Assembly: GCA_965140415.1 (NCBI GenBank) | Contig: OZ223209.1 | Coordinates: forward strand, 2,656,001-2,720,000 | Length of the DNA stretch: 64,000 nt | Direction of reading: 5' to 3' | From: Myxococcota bacterium | Lineage (GTDB): Bacteria > Myxococcota_A > SURF-8 | Notes under the pieces: model-generated | Databases searched by the model: none | What the model saw: the letters and a program-made list of their open reading frames with translations, nothing else | Told to the model about the DNA's origin: nothing | Shown here: positions 38,475 to 47,695 of the stretch, one piece after another | How positions within the stretch are numbered: the stretch's first letter is position 1 | How the letters are laid out: each line of letters starts with the position of its first letter | Translations under genes and position numbers: made by a program

Positions 38475-39604
38475 GGATCTTCTCCGGTTGGGAAAGCCGT
38501 GTTTTTCTTTAGGAATCGATGATAGGTTGACCAGACCGTTGATTTGAATCCCCACAGTGGCAAGGTGACTTCATGAGTCGACACGAGTTCGTTCGACCAG
38601 AACAGTTTGCCGGATTCGGCAGCGCCTCCCAGGATGATTCTTCGGTCGCCATTATCGTAACTATCTTGTAATTGCTGGTGAAACAAGATTCGTCCCGGAC
38701 TGAATCGGGCCAGCTCCAGATCGTAGGACAGTAAAATCACCCACTGAATGTCATCGGTGATCACATTCACCTGACCAGCAACTAGACGGTCTCCGGCGCG
38801 CAGCAATAAGAGATCCAGCCAGCCCAAATCTTTCCAACCCGAAACGGCCTGTTGGAAAAAGCGGGTAAGCCGTTCGACATAACCATTATTCAGACGCTGG
38901 GCTTCCTTGTATTGCCAGGTTCGTGTGCGTAACTCCTCGAATTCCTTCCAGAGTTGATTGAATTCCTCTTTTTGAGCTTGCTGACCACGGATTCTTTGAA
39001 CGGCTAACGGCTGTTTTAATTCTTCTTCCAACATACGCATGGAACGGCGGATGTTGTACAGGGATTTTCTTTTCTTGGTTTTGAAATAAGCTTCTACACC
39101 ATCAACTAGTGATAGTTCGTGGCTGCGATTAAACTGTTTGTGATGATATGGAATATGTTTGTTTTCCAAATCCGAAACGATTTTCCTGCAACGTAACGGA
39201 TTCATTTTGTATAGCGAAATCAGATCGGAGTTGGTGGCTTTTGCAATGTCTTTTCTTTTTTCAAGGAAGGCCTGGCACACGGTATCTTCACAACCGGAAC
39301 GAACGATCATAGGTGCCATGTACATCACAGCAAAGTCCATCGAGCGTAATTCACGGAAGCGAAGACCATGACGTTTGTTGAAGCATTGGATGAAGAAGCC
39401 GGCGGAAAGGAGTTCTTTTCCAAGATAAATCCGAATTAGCCAGGCGGGTCTGCCTTCGCCATGCATTACCCAGACAGCCTTTTGAAAATTCCAGTTCATA
39501 TACGGATCGGGTGGAGCGGCTTTTTCCAACGCCTGAATCTCATCGCGTACACAGAGCCAGTCCTGCTCAGTGTATAGTGCGGTTGTGATTAAGGTCGGTT
39601 TCAA
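38471..39604 (-). CDS. GNAT/FemAB-like (CelD/BcsL-type) acyltransferase
   Basis: YDLELARFSPGRIL...ILGG...KLFWS, same layout as the downstream modules. TTG start behind AGGAG. Confidence 0.8.
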   Translation of the reverse strand: MKPTLITTALYTEQDWLCVRDEIQALEKAAPPDPYMNWNFQKAVWVMHGEGRPAWLIRIYLGKELLSAGFFIQCFNKRHGLRFRELRSMDFAVMYMAPMIVRSGCEDTVCQAFLEKRKDIAKATNSDLISLYKMNPLRCRKIVSDLENKHIPYHHKQFNRSHELSLVDGVEAYFKTKKRKSLYNIRRSMRMLEEELKQPLAVQRIRGQQAQKEEFNQLWKEFEELRTRTWQYKEAQRLNNGYVERLTRFFQQAVSGWKDLGWLDLLLLRAGDRLVAGQVNVITDDIQWVILLSYDLELARFSPGRILFHQQLQDSYDNGDRRIILGGAAESGKLFWSNELVSTHEVTLPLWGFKSTVWSTYHRFLKKNTAFPTGEDP

Positions 39605-39615
39605 AGTTCCTGCTC

Positions 39616-41217
39616 CTACGATCGTTTTGTAAAGGATCGAATGCGATCCATCAAATTACCGATTTGCTCTCGTTCTTCTTTAAGGGCCGTAATCTTGAAG
39701 AATACGAAATAATAACTGAATGCCGACAGCAGTCCGAATCCTGCGGCAGCCGCCATCCAGAGCCGACCTTCCGGTACGAAGCGCTGCATCAGTTCTGCAA
39801 GTCCGAAACCGATTGAGACGCAAACGGCAAAGGGCAGGACATGGGTGCGATAAACCATGCTCCACCAATATCTCAAGGGGACGTCCATACGTTTTGAAAT
39901 TCGGTTTAAAAAGAGCGGAATCATCAGGGTGACATTAAGAAAGAGTCCAGCCAGTGCAACACCTAAAGGCCCCCAAAGATTACCGCCGGTGTAGGCCAGC
40001 GGAATATAGGCCAACAGAAAGAGGATGGAGACGGAATTCGTCCAACGATGTTCTCCCGATAAGGTCAAGGCGTTACTGGCGGTCATGTAGGGAGCGCCTA
40101 AAGCCACGCTGGAGGCTAAAACAGCTAATGGACCGGCGGCTTCGGTGGCCAGATCGCCTCCAACCCAGCCTTTCAGGAAGGGGCCGCCTAAAGGAATGGC
40201 AACCGCAGCCAGTGGACCGCTTAAAAGCATTGCGCGTCGGGAAAGCGCCAGGGTCAGCCAACCGGCTTCCTTGCGACCTTCTTTGGAATTGGCGGAGAGT
40301 TTGGCAATCGTCGGACCACCTGCAAAAATCACCTGTGCGGACAATTCCGCACTGATGGAAGTCAGTCGACTGGCAATACCGAAGGCACCTGTTGACACCA
40401 GACCGGCGGTGACCTGTACCAGCAGTACTCCGGAACGCGCCAGAAAAACGGCGACGATTTGGCCCAGCCAGGCAAATACGGCAAACTCGGATAAGCGCTT
40501 GACGTGAGAGCTTTTAATACGGAAGGGATTGTAACTCCCAAGAGGAACAACCGAGCGGGACATGACGACATAGAGCAGGTGCTCCAGCAGCATGGAGCCT
40601 AAATAGGCGTAGGCCAGACCCATCAAACCAAGTTCCGAGGATAACGCCCAAAGCCCAAGGAAGAAGTAAATGATGTTGGCGATGCCCTGGGTAAAATGCG
40701 CACGCGCCATTTTTCGTTGAGAAATCAACACGGTGCTAAAGGTGCGCATTGGAATGGAGATGGCCAGTCGCCAGATGAAAATGGCGATCACGCCACCCGC
40801 CTCTTCCGTGAAATGACCTGGAACCTCAAAAAGATGTGCAATTTCAACTGAAAAGGGCAGGCCAATCAGCAATACCAACAGGCCACTGCCCATTGTCAAC
40901 CAGAAACTGACATTGGCAAGTTCCCTCATTTCCTGCGGATTGCTTAGAAAGTCGATTTCGCTCAGGTAGCGATTGGAAGCCTGGACAAGCCCCATTTCCA
41001 GGAAGCTTAGAACCCCGACCAGCGCCATGGCCAACGTCCAGATACCGTATTTCTCTTCCCCGACATAATGAATGATGATCGGAACCAGGATCATCATGGC
41101 AAGCAGTTGCGTCGCCATGCGGAATGCACCGCTGAAGGCGTGCAGAGTCATCCAATAGTCGGTGTGACCTTCCATTGGGGCAGGGATTTGATCTGGAATA
41201 TTAGGGCCTTCGACCAT
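39616..41217 (-). CDS. wzx: Oligosaccharide flippase (MOP superfamily)
   Basis: About 14 TM helices. PIIIHYVGEEKYGIW...LEMGL..A..RY N-terminal pattern of Wzx. Heads the EPS genes. Confidence 0.85.
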   Translation of the reverse strand: MVEGPNIPDQIPAPMEGHTDYWMTLHAFSGAFRMATQLLAMMILVPIIIHYVGEEKYGIWTLAMALVGVLSFLEMGLVQASNRYLSEIDFLSNPQEMRELANVSFWLTMGSGLLVLLIGLPFSVEIAHLFEVPGHFTEEAGGVIAIFIWRLAISIPMRTFSTVLISQRKMARAHFTQGIANIIYFFLGLWALSSELGLMGLAYAYLGSMLLEHLLYVVMSRSVVPLGSYNPFRIKSSHVKRLSEFAVFAWLGQIVAVFLARSGVLLVQVTAGLVSTGAFGIASRLTSISAELSAQVIFAGGPTIAKLSANSKEGRKEAGWLTLALSRRAMLLSGPLAAVAIPLGGPFLKGWVGGDLATEAAGPLAVLASSVALGAPYMTASNALTLSGEHRWTNSVSILFLLAYIPLAYTGGNLWGPLGVALAGLFLNVTLMIPLFLNRISKRMDVPLRYWWSMVYRTHVLPFAVCVSIGFGLAELMQRFVPEGRLWMAAAAGFGLLSAFSYYFVFFKITALKEEREQIGNLMDRIRSFTKRS

Positions 41218-41502
41218 CTAGCGCCGTTTCTTAAAATACCGTTTTGGGTTTTAGTGTTTTACAAATTTCACTAATTTCATCAAACTATATAGCTAATCGG
41301 TCATCTGTTGGAAATCTTTACAGTTTTGTAAATTTCCACTTCCTGTTTTGCGTGCTGCTGGAACGGGTCGTAGATAGGTTTTGCCACCCATATTATTTCC
41401 AATCTTTTTAAGTACTTCGTCCATATAAGGGAAGCTTCGACCAGTCCGTTTATCTCGCGGTGTTATATTCTACACGAAAATTAGGTACAACTTGCAATAT
41501 GA

Positions 41503-41530
41503 TGTAACATTTCGTTATGGAAAACGTCCT
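41503..41530 (+). promoter_or_regulatory. ECF-type promoter, probably autoregulatory
   Basis: TGTAAC-N16-CGTC (-35 AAC, -10 CGT) about 25 nt upstream of the ECF sigma start. Confidence 0.6.
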
Positions 41531-41553
41531 ATTGATGGAGTTGGAACTCCTGA

Positions 41554-42117
41554 ATGAAGGATGAACGTATGGATCGCCATCAATGGATCGACAGCTTGTT
41601 CAGAAATCATGCCGAGGATTTGTTTCGGTATCTTCGAACGTTTCGCTTACCGGAAGACGAAACCTACGACTTGGTGCAGGCTGCTTTTCTGGCGATTCTG
41701 AAGGAGGATTTAGATAGCATTCAGCGTCCGCGTTCATGGCTGTTCACCGTCGGACGAAACCTGGCGATCAACTCCTTGCGAAGTGGAAAACGAAGTGTTT
41801 CCGGGATCGAGATAGACGAAAAGCCGGGAGATGAACCTTTAGCTGATGAAGTGATGATTCAGGGCGAGAGTGATGAAGAGTTGTGGCAGGCATTTGCCAA
41901 ACTGCCTCAACGAGATCAGGAGTTATTGAGATTACAGATTCTGGATGAATTGTCCACACGCGAAATTGCAGACGTGCTGGCCATGTCGGAATCGGCGGTG
42001 CGAGTCGCTTTGCATCGAGCCCGCCAGCGTCTAAGGGAAGTGGTTGAATCCCTGGATGAAGAACCGGTTGTCGCCACGATGGCGGCTATGTCATTGAAAA
42101 CGGGAGAAGGAACATGA
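41554..42117 (+). CDS. ECF RNA polymerase sigma factor
   Basis: Region 2: DLVQAAFL, SWLFTVGRNLAIN. Region 4: LSTREIADVL...VRVALHRARQRL. Confidence 0.93.
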   Translation: MKDERMDRHQWIDSLFRNHAEDLFRYLRTFRLPEDETYDLVQAAFLAILKEDLDSIQRPRSWLFTVGRNLAINSLRSGKRSVSGIEIDEKPGDEPLADEVMIQGESDEELWQAFAKLPQRDQELLRLQILDELSTREIADVLAMSESAVRVALHRARQRLREVVESLDEEPVVATMAAMSLKTGEGT

Positions 42118-42572
42118 CACCCGTACAAAAAAAAGATTCTTTGGATGAGCGCTTGGGAATACTGCTGCGCAAGCATGACAGCTCTGTCGATACGCAGCGA
42201 ATGGAAGAGATGAGAAAGAACCTGCTAAAGCAGGTACCCAGGCAATCGTTCTGGTCGAAGCGTCGGCTGCTCTTCGCTTTTGCCGATGCATTCGTTCTTG
42301 TGTTGATCGCATTCGGAGCGTGGCTGTACGTACAATCCGGGCCTGACAGTCTTCAAAAAGCGAGCGTACCTGATGCCTTGCAGGCGGAACGGGTGCTGGA
42401 TGTTGCCTCGGACGAAGAACGCCTGGAGCAGATGGTTGCCCTGCTTGAAACAATGACGACAACGGAAGAAACGGGCGATACGGCATTGGATAATGGTTGG
42501 AGATTCGATTCTACCGGATTGGATGACTCCGAGCTGGATAGCTGGTTGGGATTGAATTCCGGTTGGATGTAA
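42114..42572 (+). CDS. Probable single-pass membrane anti-sigma factor
   Basis: ATGA overlap with the ECF gene, short cytoplasmic N-terminus, one TM helix and an acidic periplasmic tail. Confidence 0.65.
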   Translation: MTPVQKKDSLDERLGILLRKHDSSVDTQRMEEMRKNLLKQVPRQSFWSKRRLLFAFADAFVLVLIAFGAWLYVQSGPDSLQKASVPDALQAERVLDVASDEERLEQMVALLETMTTTEETGDTALDNGWRFDSTGLDDSELDSWLGLNSGWM

Positions 42573-42660
42573 CAAACTGGAGCGGAGTGTGTCTTTCATG
42601 CAGAGAGTGAACATAAGATCCGGATCGCATGGAAGGAAATCCACCAAAAGGAGTCGCACT

Positions 42661-43716
42661 ATGAAACAGCGAAAAACAATATTAGGTCAGATCGTGATGA
42701 CCGCAGTGCTTTATTTACTGTTTGCATTACCTGCTTACGCCAATCCCGGTATGCCAGGGTTTATGGGAGATGCGGAAAATGCTTCCTTGAGGATGCAGGC
42801 GGTCAGTTTGGCCCTGGTGCGGCATCTGTCTCTGACCGAGGAACAAAAAACGCAAATCAAATCCGAGTTGGAGCCGTTGCAAGCGGAATTGACCGAACTG
42901 CGGGAAATGGAGGACAACTGGCGCAACAACGTAGTGAAAGCGCGGCTTGAGCAGATTATTAGGGATCTGAAGGCGGATAAAGATCCAACGCCTCCCGATG
43001 CAAAAGAGCAAGAGTTGTTTTATGAAATGCACCAGAAGCGATTTGCCCAGCGCGATCGGGTAGACGAGGCTTTCGATAACATCGTTTCCATGTTGACCGA
43101 CGATCAGAAACAGAAACTGTGGGGTTTCGATCCGCGTGAATACCTGGGATTTCATCCCACGCTCAAGCCGGGCATGTTGTTGCAGGAAAATCCGATGGAA
43201 GTGATCCATGCCATTCGCAATGCCAGCGACAAAGAGTTCGTGCTTATGAAAGAGCGCCTGTCGTTTTTCAAGGAGCGTCCAGGTCGCAAGGGACGTTCCG
43301 AGGCGAAATCGAAACGTCACGAAAAACGAGTCGAGAAACTTGTTGAACTGATGACCTCGTTACGGGAAATGTCGGATGATCAGTTCGAAGCTCAGGCGGA
43401 GAAACTGGAAAAAGATCTTGCGGCGTTGCTTCCCGGTAAGCGTGGACGGCGTGGGCATCATGGCGGCTTTGGTATGAAGCGCGGCATGGGCAAGAAAGGC
43501 AAGATGGGCAAAGGACGAGGTCCGGGAAATGGTCCAGGCAATGGTCCGGGATGCGCTTCGGGTGATTGTCCGATGGGAGTCGGTCCGAACGGTGATGGCG
43601 GACCGGATGACTTCGCAGGTCGTGGCCCCGGTATGGGCAAAGGCGGTCCATTCAACTTTGACGATAAGCTGAAAATCTTGATCGTCGTTTCCGAAGAGTT
43701 CTATGAGACCCTATAA
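42661..43716 (+). CDS. Periplasmic Spy/CpxP-like (LTxxQ) protein with Gly-rich C-terminal extension
   Basis: Signal peptide ending AYA. LTEEQ and LTDDQ motifs. GHHGG, GPGN repeats and CASGDC. AGGAG RBS before ATG 42661. Confidence 0.72.
   Translation: MKQRKTILGQIVMTAVLYLLFALPAYANPGMPGFMGDAENASLRMQAVSLALVRHLSLTEEQKTQIKSELEPLQAELTELREMEDNWRNNVVKARLEQIIRDLKADKDPTPPDAKEQELFYEMHQKRFAQRDRVDEAFDNIVSMLTDDQKQKLWGFDPREYLGFHPTLKPGMLLQENPMEVIHAIRNASDKEFVLMKERLSFFKERPGRKGRSEAKSKRHEKRVEKLVELMTSLREMSDDQFEAQAEKLEKDLAALLPGKRGRRGHHGGFGMKRGMGKKGKMGKGRGPGNGPGNGPGCASGDCPMGVGPNGDGGPDDFAGRGPGMGKGGPFNFDDKLKILIVVSEEFYETL
43519..43551 (+). repeat. 12-nt tandem repeat encoding GPGN
   Basis: GGTCCGGGAAAT GGTCCAGGCAAT GGTCCGGGA. 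Confidence 0.7.
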
Positions 43717-43738
43717 AACACCCTGGTATCTGTAAAGG

Positions 43739-43782
43739 AACGAAATCGGCGGCTGTCAGGCGACAGTCGCCGTTTTCGTTTT
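43739..43782 (+). terminator. Intrinsic terminator of the ECF operon
   Basis: CGGCGGCTGTC-AGGC-GACAGTCGCCG stem followed by TTTTCGTTTT. Confidence 0.8.
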
Positions 43783-43879
43783 AACGGCTACATGAGACAA
43801 TAAAGTAGAAAAGCGCACTTTCAATTCTTGGAATTTCCATGCCGATTTCATTTAATGTCTATCGAAATTACAGGCATTC

Positions 43880-43909
43880 TTGACAGTTTCCCGATTCTCA
43901 CGGTATAAG
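43880..43909 (+). promoter_or_regulatory. Candidate sigma70 promoter
   Basis: TTGACA-N18-TATAAG upstream of the HEAT lipoprotein gene. Confidence 0.5.
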
Positions 43910-43964
43910 TGGACAGTTCGAATCCTAAAAGGAATCCAGATTAACCATGTACCAGGAGGGAGTC

Positions 43965-45287
43965 ATGGAGGCAGTGCGTAAACACGTTTTTTTCGTGGCG
44001 TTTATTGTATTGATTCTCTGTTCGATTTACGCCTGCGATACCACACCTGAGAAAATCGACGTTTGGGCCGATTCCGTAAACGGTGAAACACGCATCGCCC
44101 AGGCGATTTCCAATGCCGATTTGGAATTGTCCATTCGTGTTTACGGCGTGATCAAGTTAATTAAGGTCCGCCAATTCGATCTGTTGTTGAAAACCCTGAA
44201 ATCGCTTCCAAAGGCGGATCGCAGCGCATTGTTTAAAGCCTCTGCGCCGGAAATCGGCAAGATGTTTACTGTGCCGGATCTCTCCACCCAGGCAGCCGGC
44301 AAAGATATGCTCTACCTGTTGATGACGATGGAGCAGAAGGCGGTGCAGAAATCCGCGCAGCAGGCGATTTTGCACTGGTATGAAAAAGATTTTCTTAAGA
44401 AATACTCTGCCGGAAAGTTCTCCGCCCACCATGTGTTGACTCAAATCGGTCCGGCTGCTGGAGATCTGCTGGTGAAACTCATGGAGAGCGAACCCAAGGG
44501 ACGCGTAAAAGTAGCTAAGATCGTTGCGGAAATCAATGATCCACAGGTAACTTCACAGGTGTCGGACTATTTTCTGACGCAGTTGAAAGAACAAACTCCA
44601 GACTTGAAACCGGATCTGTTACAGGTGATCTGTTATGCGCGAGATGATCGGGTTACGGAATTTCTAAATCACTATGTTGTAGAAAAAAAGAATCCGTTGG
44701 CGATCCGATTGAATGCCTTCAATACGTTGACTTTCCTGCCTTCCAAATTGACCTTGCCTGCGGCTACGCGAATCTTCATCGATCGAAACGAATCGATCGA
44801 CATGCGGGGGATCGCGATAGAATTGCTTCAAAAAATCGGAGACGAGTCCATTCTTAAATATCTGTATCCCTTCCTTAAGGACCAGGATGTAAAATGGGCG
44901 ACCTTCGCGGCAATCTTGAAAGTGGGAGGTGAAACGGAGATCGGCAAAATATTGGATTCTTTAAATCCCAGGGTGACGTTCTGGCGTGGAGACTACGATG
45001 TTGCACGACGTCATTTAAAAGAACTTAGCCCAAAAGTCGTGGAACAATTGGTAGGACGTTTGAAATCCAGGAATGTGCCGATTGTGGCGCTGGCTTTGAT
45101 CGGACTGCAATACACAGCGGACATTGACGTCGCCGAAAAACACATCAAGCCTCTGTCTAAAGATAAACGCAACATCAAAAACTATCTCACCGATAAGACG
45201 TTTACCATTGGCATGATGGCAACCGAGATTTACAATATCATCAAGAGTAACTCTTCCGGTTCGGTCAAAAAGACCAATGAGGAATAA
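43965..45287 (+). CDS. HEAT/ARM-repeat lipoprotein, function unknown
   Basis: Lipobox IYA-C and repeated helical units (RGIAIELLQKIGD, ATFAAILKVGG). GGAGGGAG RBS favours ATG 43965. Confidence 0.65.
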   Translation: MEAVRKHVFFVAFIVLILCSIYACDTTPEKIDVWADSVNGETRIAQAISNADLELSIRVYGVIKLIKVRQFDLLLKTLKSLPKADRSALFKASAPEIGKMFTVPDLSTQAAGKDMLYLLMTMEQKAVQKSAQQAILHWYEKDFLKKYSAGKFSAHHVLTQIGPAAGDLLVKLMESEPKGRVKVAKIVAEINDPQVTSQVSDYFLTQLKEQTPDLKPDLLQVICYARDDRVTEFLNHYVVEKKNPLAIRLNAFNTLTFLPSKLTLPAATRIFIDRNESIDMRGIAIELLQKIGDESILKYLYPFLKDQDVKWATFAAILKVGGETEIGKILDSLNPRVTFWRGDYDVARRHLKELSPKVVEQLVGRLKSRNVPIVALALIGLQYTADIDVAEKHIKPLSKDKRNIKNYLTDKTFTIGMMATEIYNIIKSNSSGSVKKTNEE

Positions 45288-46348
45288 TGGCAACCGCAGA
45301 TTTTGATCAGACTGCCGTACCACCTGAGAAAACGTTAGCAAAAACAGCCCAGAAAAAACATTGGCGGAGATCCGGCGATTCCACCTATTACAACTGGTTG
45401 TTGTTTGGTGGAAACCGGCCAACTCCGATTACCTGTCTTGCAGACTCGACAAGGCCTGAAGTTGGGTATCAATGCGCTTTTCCTCGTTTGTTTCGCTTTG
45501 GCGAGCAACTTAGCTGGTCTATGGAAATCGGGGAATCTCTTTTCGCAGAAAAGGATGCCGGAGAGTCTCAGGAACTCAGCCTATTCGGTCATATTTTGGA
45601 TGACGCATTAGAGAACCAGTTTGAACCGGTGATGTGTTTTCCAAATTCCGATCACGTTCAACGGTTATCCCAGTCGTTTTCGATGATCCACTTTCTGGAT
45701 CTGTGGAAAATGACGCTCGTTCTGCAACCGCACAGGCTGTTACCTGCAAACGTGCCCAAATTTTTCGCAACGGGCGGTTTTAGTCCGTTGCTGCTCAGTC
45801 GCCACCTTTCGCGAAGCATGATGCGCCGTCTGGACTCGGCGGATATCCGCATTCTTCGTCCTGGAACTTTTGGAACCTGGGCGGATGAACTCTGGCGGCA
45901 GACCAGGCTGCGCAAAGAGGCCGGAGTGGTGAAGGATTTCGATTATTTGCGCTGGCGATATGATGAGCATCCGGACACGTACCGTATCTATCAAGCCATG
46001 CAGGGAAACAAAACCGCCGGACTTTTGGTAACGAAGATTCGCGCTAAAAGCGAAGATGACATCTACGGCATGATTGTTGACCTGATGCTTCCATCTCATA
46101 ACCGCTTGGTGTTGCATAAATTATTGCTGGAAGCGGAAATGGATTTCATTTCCGAGAAATGCATTGCGATCGACACCTGGCTTGCGCCTCACGCTTTTTT
46201 CATTCCCGCCCTTTTTTCATTCGGTTTTATACCGACCACACGCCAGCCTTTATTGCTTCAGGCGTCTCAACTCTCGAACATTAAAAAGAAAAGATGGGGT
46301 AATCCCAGGCATTGGTTCCTTACGATGGGAGATACGCAGTTGGCATGA
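45287..46348 (+). CDS. GNAT-fold (double-domain) protein, divergent
   Basis: YYNW..., VGYQCAFP, CFPN, DYLRWRYDEHP and WFLTMGD pattern of a two-domain GNAT family. TAATG coupling to the upstream gene. Confidence 0.55.
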   Translation: MATADFDQTAVPPEKTLAKTAQKKHWRRSGDSTYYNWLLFGGNRPTPITCLADSTRPEVGYQCAFPRLFRFGEQLSWSMEIGESLFAEKDAGESQELSLFGHILDDALENQFEPVMCFPNSDHVQRLSQSFSMIHFLDLWKMTLVLQPHRLLPANVPKFFATGGFSPLLLSRHLSRSMMRRLDSADIRILRPGTFGTWADELWRQTRLRKEAGVVKDFDYLRWRYDEHPDTYRIYQAMQGNKTAGLLVTKIRAKSEDDIYGMIVDLMLPSHNRLVLHKLLLEAEMDFISEKCIAIDTWLAPHAFFIPALFSFGFIPTTRQPLLLQASQLSNIKKKRWGNPRHWFLTMGDTQLA

Positions 46349-46504
46349 TAGAGGGTTGATTTCTTCCGGAGAGGCATTTTTCGCGATTCTTGTCGCCCTG
46401 AACGTGATTTTCGTTTATAGTGGCTGCGGGGATTTTCCTGAAATCTGTGGAACCGACCTGCTAGAGAGATCAAAGCCGAATATTTCACGAATCGGAGCCG
46501 TTAT

Positions 46505-47665
46505 ATGACACCGGAATCTGTCGAAGAGACGAAGCTTCGTGATGCAATCGCCGAGTTGAATCAAGGTGCTGTGACGGAAACGGCGCAACGCCTGTATTTT
46601 TCCGTTACCAATACGGAATTGAATGAGGAACAACGCGCATTTATCGAAACTCCAGCACATCAGCATCATGGTGAAAAGCATGTCATGGCCATTCACTGGC
46701 ATCCGGAATACGTTCCCATGGAATGGATCGTTACTCGGGTCAGTAAAAGTTTTCCCGATTCGGAAGAACAACTGCTGATTCCTACACAGCACAACCAGTT
46801 GTTGTCTATCGGTCCATATACCGGTGTCGAAATAGACTGCTACTCGCCGGAATTCAAACTGAAAGTTCAGTTGCTGTTGCATTTCAAGAATGAGCGCTTG
46901 AAACAGGCCAGCACGTTGAAGGCGATGATCGATCATACCTTCCGCTACCGGGCAAGCCAGTTATTCGAATTTATCGATTCGTTGACGGAAGATGCCTTTA
47001 ATGCGCGGGTTCAGAAAGCAGCTAAAAGCAGTTTGACGGGGTCTGCTGAAATTGAGTTCGCTCGACATCACATGAAAACGCTGAAGGCGTTGATTGAAGA
47101 AAATGAACACCGTACCAATCCCATGATGCTGAGAAACAAATTGGTGCGGGACTATTTCAATGCGCTTTCCCCATATTTAGATCCAAATCAGATCCATCAG
47201 GTGCAGGCCTTCTTGCGTACGCTAAAGAAAATCGTCAAAGCGGAATTCAATCCCGGATTTTTCTATAACACGCAGGAAATCATTGAAGAAGCCAGACATA
47301 ATCATGCAGGGATCATCATTCCACATCCAGAGCAGTTCTGGCCGATTCTGCTAGCCGATTATGACGTGGATGGCATTGAAGTATGGAATCCGCAATCGTT
47401 GAAATATACCGATTTCCTGATTGAAACCGTGCATCGTCTTAATAAGGGACATCGAAGCTCCGAACATTCCATCCTTGTAACCATGGGCGATGACTGCCAT
47501 ATGGGAGAAAAAGTCTTGCCTCCCGAACGTCAGGATCGTAAAAAGGCGGCAAGAGAAATTGGTTCTCAGCCGGGATGGGAAGAACTGGGCATTCGTAAGT
47601 GCCTGGCAAGATACAACATCTCTAAAAAACACATGATACAACAATACCGGGAACGTTTGGATTAG
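46505..47665 (+). CDS. PHP-like metallohydrolase, GAK-system-associated hypothetical protein
   Basis: HWHPE, PTQHN, IIPHPEQFWP, VDGIEVWNP and MGDDCH (PHP C-terminal G-x-D-x-H). Confidence 0.65.
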   Translation: MTPESVEETKLRDAIAELNQGAVTETAQRLYFSVTNTELNEEQRAFIETPAHQHHGEKHVMAIHWHPEYVPMEWIVTRVSKSFPDSEEQLLIPTQHNQLLSIGPYTGVEIDCYSPEFKLKVQLLLHFKNERLKQASTLKAMIDHTFRYRASQLFEFIDSLTEDAFNARVQKAAKSSLTGSAEIEFARHHMKTLKALIEENEHRTNPMMLRNKLVRDYFNALSPYLDPNQIHQVQAFLRTLKKIVKAEFNPGFFYNTQEIIEEARHNHAGIIIPHPEQFWPILLADYDVDGIEVWNPQSLKYTDFLIETVHRLNKGHRSSEHSILVTMGDDCHMGEKVLPPERQDRKKAAREIGSQPGWEELGIRKCLARYNISKKHMIQQYRERLD

Positions 47666-47695
47666 TTCCTGTTCGATAATGTGGAAGGACATACT

